Position numbers and translations under genes: made by a program. The notes beneath the pieces are model-generated. The model was not told the DNA's origin, did not search any database, and was given only the letters and a program-made list of their open reading frames with translations. Of a stretch of 14,769 nt of DNA, positions 9,060 through 14,769 are shown piece after piece. The DNA is from Candidatus Multivoradales bacterium (GTDB taxonomy: Bacteria; Acidobacteriota; Thermoanaerobaculia; Multivoradales; JAHEKO01), in assembly GCA_965248055.1 (NCBI GenBank), contig CBDFIJ010000001.1, forward strand, positions 1 to 14,769. Direction: 5' to 3'. Every line of letters starts with the position of its first letter. Positions within the stretch are counted from its first letter, which is position 1.

Positions 9060-10903
9060 CTGCAAACAAATAGAAGACATAAAACAGATAGGACTGTAAA
9101 TCTAATAATCCATTTCATAATACAGGCACAAAACAACAGTCCCAATTTCTATGATCTACATGGTTGTAAAATGTATGAGGAAATTAAATTTGCTAAATCA
9201 CATATATACAATTGGTTGGTGTATATTGTCATTTGATAGGCCTGCCTTCATCAGCTCAAGTTGGCCAAATAGCCCGCTATTTCTGATCCAGGAAATTAGC
9301 CAGATCACAAAATAACGGGCTTTTTGCTTTGGTAATCTTCCTAAGATATCTGTGGCTAGTTTGCAAAATAGCCCGCTATTTGACCTTCGTCTTCACCAGC
9401 TCGAAGACTCGCACTATGCGAGAACACTGAGCAAATTTCTCAAGCTAAAATCTCGAACTCGAGTTTCGATGTTGTCGTTGTTGAAGTTGATGGTGTTTCC
9501 ATCGTCATTGGATGATTTTCGAGCTGATTAAGACGCAATTTGTAACTTCTGGCTTATTTTTCCCGGATCACAAAATAGCAGGCTATTTGGCCAACTCGGG
9601 CTGATGTAGACAGACTTGCTAAGTTCCTTTATCCCCAGGAATATTGAAAAAGGAACAAATGAGATATATTTCATGCCAAAAGCTGAAAGAGATGTCAGAT
9701 TCATATTGTAAACAAATCTGATGGCATTCATATCAAGCCAACATTTACACCAGAGCTGCACTTTTCATGTTACTAACTGATTTTAGAATCACAATCCTGC
9801 ATGAAAACTATGGTAGCTATATGTATTGTTTGCCTTATACCATAAAATATGAAAAGGCATGTAAATGTATGTACAAATTATTTTTCCAAATGACGCCAAA
9901 ACTTAGAAAGTAATTTTTAGAATCAACATCATACATAGACGTCAGTGCAGAGATTTTCAGGAGAAATGAAATTCTAAACTGATCATCTTTGTTTCAATTT
10001 CAGCGTACATACAGTACATATCTTCCAAATTTAAACCTATCATACCAATGGCCCTAGGAAAGACACGTACATGTACACTGTACATATACAAGTCACATGA
10101 GCCTTAAGGTTCCCACAGCCTTAGAAAGTGTGTCAATACAATAGAAGGAAATCAATATACCCAGGCATATTTGAGTTTCCTTGCTCGCATGTTTATACAA
10201 CACCTGTCAAAACGCAATTAACTCTCATCAGTCTCATTGTATCACTGTGATATGTAATGAATCAATGTACAGACAGCACCTTAAATATATTCTTTACAAT
10301 GCAGGACATTAAAATGTATTTTAACAAACCTTCTACTTTCCAAATTTTACATTAGTACACATTATTCCAAGCACACAAATTTTTTGTAACTTGAGCAGTC
10401 ATTAAATATAGAGTACCGGTACAGTTCTTGTACAGAATACAAAAGTAGTTTTTTGCCTTTGCTTGTACTTGCACACATTGTACTCGCAAACATGTAGTCA
10501 TTTCAATATTCCGGTCAGATAGTACAAATTTAAGAGATCATATTGCTTGCTTTATTGGCTATGATCTCATTTTGTAAGTAGCATGATATGATTTCCTTAA
10601 AATGTTTGTACATGTACATGTATATGCTAGTCATGCTGGTCAATGAAGTTCATGAATATGTGGCAATTTTTATTTCTTCATTATTTTTTCTAAACAGAGT
10701 CACAGACCCTTCTTCATTCATCTCCTTTTTAATTTTACATTCAAATTCTCCAAATTTAATATTCACGGCATAATTGAACACGTAAAGGCAGATTTAAAAC
10801 AGGTTTAATACATTCACCCTGGAAATACTCTTGATTTATAAATATCTAAAAGGCGACTTCCATCTCCCTCATGACTCTACATGTATGTATGGCAGTGACT
10901 CAC
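9060..10903 (-). other. GT-AG intron (1844 nt, phase 0) of the prune gene
   Basis: Donor GTGAGT at 10903 and polypyrimidine-CAG acceptor at 9060. AT-rich and non-coding. Joining the flanking exons gives continuous DHHA2 homology (…TLPLQ|DVLDRQ…). Confidence 0.9.
9240..9615. mobile_element. MITE-like non-autonomous element with ~65-bp imperfect terminal inverted repeats and a nested inner inverted-repeat pair
   Basis: 9240-9304 (gcctgccttcatcagctcaagttggccaaatagcccgctatttctgatccaggaaattagccaga) aligns with the reverse complement of 9548-9615 (gtctgtctacatcagcccgagttggccaaatagcctgctattttgtgatccgggaaaaataagccaga). The element is richer in GC and CpG than the surrounding intron and has no coding capacity. 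I could not resolve a target-site duplication. Confidence 0.7.
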
Positions 10904-10998
10904 TTGAAGTGGTAACGTGACTGAGCTGAATCCTACTTTGCATGATGTACTCGATGTAGACTTGAAATCTTTCCTCAGCATCTGTGCAGTGGTCAGAC
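10904..10998 (-). CDS. prune: Internal coding exon (95 nt, phase 1 in / phase 0 out) of a prune-family exopolyphosphatase gene; start of DHHA2 domain
   Basis: The minus strand reads ttctgtttattttttcctgtag|GT CTG ACC ACT GCA CAG ATG CTG AGG AAA GAT TTC AAG ... CCA CTT CAA|gtgagt, with canonical acceptor and donor sites. It translates as (G)LTTAQMLRKDFKSTSSTSCKVGFSSVTLPLQ, closely matching my recollection of human PRUNE1 GLTTEQMLRKDQK...VKVAISAIYMDLE. It splices in phase 0 to the exon at 9059. Confidence 0.93.
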
Positions 10999-13803
10999 CT
11001 ACAGGAAAAAATAAACAGAAATGGAGAAAAGATGAGCGTCTTTGAAGAATAATAGTATTAGAGGGTTCACATATGAGTGTAGGTTATGAAGGTCAATTGA
11101 TAGTCATCTATGAAGGCTTCTTCAGATAGGCATGGTAAATGGTTGCAAAAAAGCAGCTGACCATGTTACATGTGAATAAATGGAACTGTGCACATACATG
11201 TACATGTACATTCATTAGGGATATTGCTTTCATCAACTTCACATTTAGTCCTCACTAATGCATGCTTGGATGCTTTCCATACATTTTCCTTCTAGCCAAA
11301 AATGGATGAAAATATGAGGTTAAATCAAAGTCCCAAAGCTGCAAAGTTCATGTTTGCTACCGCGCCGCCGGAATACATGAAGGCCAGCAACTTGGCAAAT
11401 GTTTCAAACTTGACTTGATTTTGTACTTAGGGATTGTGAATTCTTCCCAAAGTTCTATATCCTAGATGCATTCATACATGTACTGCTTATTTATATCAGT
11501 AATTATTATATATTTTGAAGAAGGAATCTGTAAAATGTCACTTTTAAAGCAAAGTGATAATGTGATTCATTTGTTTAAGATACATGTAGCACAAATTTCT
11601 CTAGCAATACTTCAGAATAATTTTCTATGCCATGAAGTTGCTAATACACATAGCTGCAATACTCCTTTGAAAGCAGGACAATTTTAGAAAATGACAGTTT
11701 TCAAGTATCAATTCAAAATTTCAAATACCACAAACTCTTATTCAGGAATGATGCAGCTTGTTCTTTATAAGAATTTACAGTGCTTGATACAGTACACAAA
11801 TATGAATGCACAAAGTCATTGCTTCCTTATCTGTAGTCAACCCAAATGTCCCAGAAGAATCATTAATGTGCAGTGTCAGGGCTACTATTCTACATTTAAC
11901 ATGGCCACTGATAAGCCTGGCTTAGCTTGCAGCAGACTTACAGTGACTCATGGATCACATTTCGATCTGGCGCTAATGTGAAGCGTTGCTCATATTGACC
12001 CTCCCTCCCCACCCTCGTACAATGAACATATGTAAGCCCTTCTATTGTCTGATAAGCATATATTTATAGATTTGAGATAAAAATGTGTAAACATATGTAC
12101 GGAAGTAATTCAGTAGTTAAACATTATTTTGTTCTTCTTTTAAAATGGTGTTGATAAATGAATTATTACTGGAATTTCCAGAGATTGCATGAGATCGATC
12201 TGGAGGGATTACCGGCCTACTCAGAAACGGAGCATATGTTTGATTGCAATATCAGGGATTTTTGTTAGATTTCCATAATTATGTTATATGTTGACATACA
12301 GTCCATCTAAAGTCTGAAGTCTCTTTGCAAAGGACATCTGAAAATCTATTCTTCATAGGGAACATCAAATGGGGCAATGCTATCAAATGAGTTTTAAGTT
12401 TATAATACACCCTGCACATGGAATGGGCGCAGGCATCCACATATAATTGATAAGTCTCATACTTTGCATACATGTAAATACAAAAGGCTACACCCTCTTT
12501 GACCAAAGGTCTCCGAGAAAGATAGCTCAGAAGACCAAAGGTCTGTCAAACTGAAATATTCCATTCTCTCATACCTTCTTACAACTTGCCATATGGTTCA
12601 CCAGACTCAAAGTTCTCAAACAGTAGGCTACATGGTCTACAATTCAGTTTCATAGATCTACAATCAGCTAGGATGATCTGAAACAAACTTCTTATAAATG
12701 CTATTTTTGGAACTATTTAGGCAGTAGTCATCCAACTACCAAGCACCTATACCTAAATAATATTTGTTTATCCCAGAAAAAAACGATCTAATAACAGATT
12801 ACACATTTACCCTACATTAAAGTTGGGGGTCCTTTTTCTATGCTTGAAAGCAGATGTGAAAGAAATACATCCTATATTACTTTCTCATGACCTGAAGAGT
12901 GTGACAATCATATCAAAACCTGTCACTTTTGATATTCGTTCATTTCCTTCCCAATAGGTTGATAGCAGTTTAAATAAACCTCAATTCCAGGCCACAGCCG
13001 GTTCATCGAGAGGATGACACTACAGAATACTATCTGTCAGTCGAAAATAGCAATGCAGCATAATTGGTCGGCTTAATGTATGTAGCAGCGTTACCAACAA
13101 AGCAAAACAAAATTGTTAGAGTTTACTTTCAAACATGACATCACAGTCTAATAAGGTTGATGAATGACATGACATATCTGAGAATATATTCTCACATTTA
13201 AATCAGTTTTCACAAACTTTTACCCATCCTTTTCTCTGATTTTTCTGCTTTTTCTCCAAGCAATTCCAAATTAAGCTTGTATTGCCCTTTATATATGTTG
13301 ATTGTTCACATTGGTGTTCATGTGTACATGACTACAAGTTTAATACGTGTAGAAAAACATGGCCTGTAAAGCCACAAATTAGCACCATGAATAGAATATA
13401 ATACAAAACTCTTGACTTTTGATTTGAAAATATTTGAAATGAGAATCAATGATGATGATTATTATTAACAGCATTTATATTGTAACAAATTTTGGTATTT
13501 ATCAGAGAAAAGATAAAAAATCTCATTCACTGGTATTAACCTATCATAAATCATACGCCTCTCAGTATGATATATTTTGAAGAAAATCTTAAAATTCTCT
13601 TTTGACTTGAATCTCTAATCCTGAGCATAAATTGTTTAGTATTTGATTTGTATTGTTTAGTACCATTGTACACAGATCCGTGTAATTTCTAACATTCAGC
13701 CAATTGTGGTCACAATGACAAATGCCTATGGAATGCAGACATGTGTTATGACGTAAACAGTCATAGTTTGATCAAATTATCTTGGCTAATATTTGTCTGT
13801 GAC

Positions 13804-13821
13804 GCCCGTCCGTCCGTCCGT
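13804..13821. repeat. Short (CCGT)n microsatellite
   Basis: gcccgtccgtccgtccgt in otherwise AT-rich intron. Confidence 0.6.
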
Positions 13822-14572
13822 GTGTTCCAAATTTTGAAGGCTCACATTTTTGTATCCTTCAACATATTTCAGACATATCTTAAAATTGAAAATGAATTTT
13901 ATATTTTCTCTACCTTGTCCTCACAAGTAAATAAATCTGACCCTGTAATAGATAGACATAGGCTATATAGCATTTGATGTGTTAAATTTGTTCTCCTTTT
14001 GTGGGTTGTTGCAATTTTAATTGTTTGATACTCAGCACTGTACATGTTGCTTGTTGGGTATGTTACATTTGATATGATCAGAGAAATACCCAGCTTCTGT
14101 AGATATTAAAATGTATGAAGTTCCATAATATTTACAGTGCAATACCACTCCTAGCTGCAACCACATCTACACAAATGCAAATAAACTAGATTTGAGTGAT
14201 TCACTACATAACCAATGACATTGCACATTGGAATTCTCTTTCAAATCAAATCACTGACGCTACAGTAGTCATTAGAATAAATATCTTTCAATCTGTTCAC
14301 AACCATGGAATCAATTTGCACCAGCTGTATATTGGATATCATGCTGTACCATACATCCTTGAAACTTATGCTGTCAATATATGATTTTAATATTTATTCA
14401 ATCAAACAGTTTGGTAACTTTGGTTAACCACTGGCAAGGGTGCTGCATACATGTACATGAACAGGTAAACATTCTACAAGCAAATCTTTTAATAAAGAAC
14501 ACATCACCCCATATTTATGTAAATGCAAATTCTGAAATTATGCACCACAATTTAGCAATCAGTTTATATTCT

Positions 14573-14657
14573 GCAGATCACGGTATGAATGCGCCAGGTT
14601 TGATTAAAGAAAGGCAGATCACGGTATGAATGCGCCAGGTTTGATTAAAGAAAGGCA
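14573..14657. repeat. Exact 41-bp tandem duplication (GCAGATCACGGTATGAATGCGCCAGGTTTGATTAAAGAAAG x2 + GCA)
   Basis: Units start at 14573 and 14614 and are identical. Confidence 0.95.
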
Positions 14658-14769
14658 ATGGAAGCTATGTGTGGCTAATGAAATCACAGTATTTTAAAAA
14701 TTACCCCCCAAAATAGGGTTGTCTTGTCTGGTCTTAGAGGCTATAATATCACCAAAAACATCAAAAAGA

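Larger units (their letters stand above)
10999..14769 (-). other. 3' part of the upstream intron of the prune gene (preceding exon probably outside the window)
   Basis: Acceptor at 10999-11000. AT-rich sequence. I did not find the expected preceding exon (…IILD…K…D…KFDVS-like) in the window. Confidence 0.65.

Noticed and set aside
9060-9080. ATG start (MSSICLQ) of ORF 8559-9080
   Set aside because: It lies in the polypyrimidine tract and acceptor of the intron. Prune homology continues in the exon at 10904-10998 instead.
9060-10903. Antisense lncRNA analogous to human PCA3 inside PRUNE2
   Set aside because: Nothing in the sequence supports a transcript here; the analogy is positional only.
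12300-12337. Possible 38-nt minus-strand microexon (ttttcag|ATGTCC…GGACT|gtatgt)
   Set aside because: Its length is not a multiple of 3, so it would break the phase-1 intron frame, and there is no homology.
12575-12677. Possible minus-strand exon (tttgtttcag|ATCATCCTAGCTGATTGT…GAAG|gtatga) with IILADC resembling prune IILDC
   Set aside because: The IILADC frame hits TAA before the donor, the phase-1 reading stops within a few codons, and there is no further prune similarity. At most it is a cryptic or poison exon, with no support here.
13760-13890. DINE-1/helentron-like remnant around the (CCGT)n tract
   Set aside because: Only the short microsatellite is visible. I could not find subterminal inverted repeats or a 3' stem-loop.
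10588-14629. Short ORFs in the intronic region
   Set aside because: AT-rich, random-looking translations of 60-96 aa with no motifs or supporting splice structure.

Overview
Eukaryotic, AT-rich animal genomic DNA. The recurring TACATGTA intronic motif suggests a marine invertebrate such as an echinoid, but this is only an inference. The window holds part of one minus-strand prune-family gene (DHH/DHHA2 exopolyphosphatase type). It has a 95-nt exon at 10904-10998 (GLTTAQMLRKDFK...), a 1844-nt intron carrying a nested inverted-repeat element, and an exon starting at 9059 that appears to run more than 9 kb off the window edge. That exon completes the DHHA2 domain (…QQNRKASRKVVLPLV…) and stops at TGA 8559-8561. 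In the +1 frame, a 2856-codon acidic open frame (8569 down to 2, absent from the ORF track) begins just before the stop. It resembles the giant disordered exon of vertebrate PRUNE2/BMCC1. It contains an endocytic motif cluster (13 DPF, 4 NPF, LLDLD, 2 FxDxF), several in-frame duplications, about 9 copies of a degenerate short motif and an AKAP-like helix. The key open question is whether the frame break at about 8559-8572 is a 1-nt assembly error or allele, or a real switch between a short PRUNE1-like enzyme and a giant PRUNE2-like scaffold.
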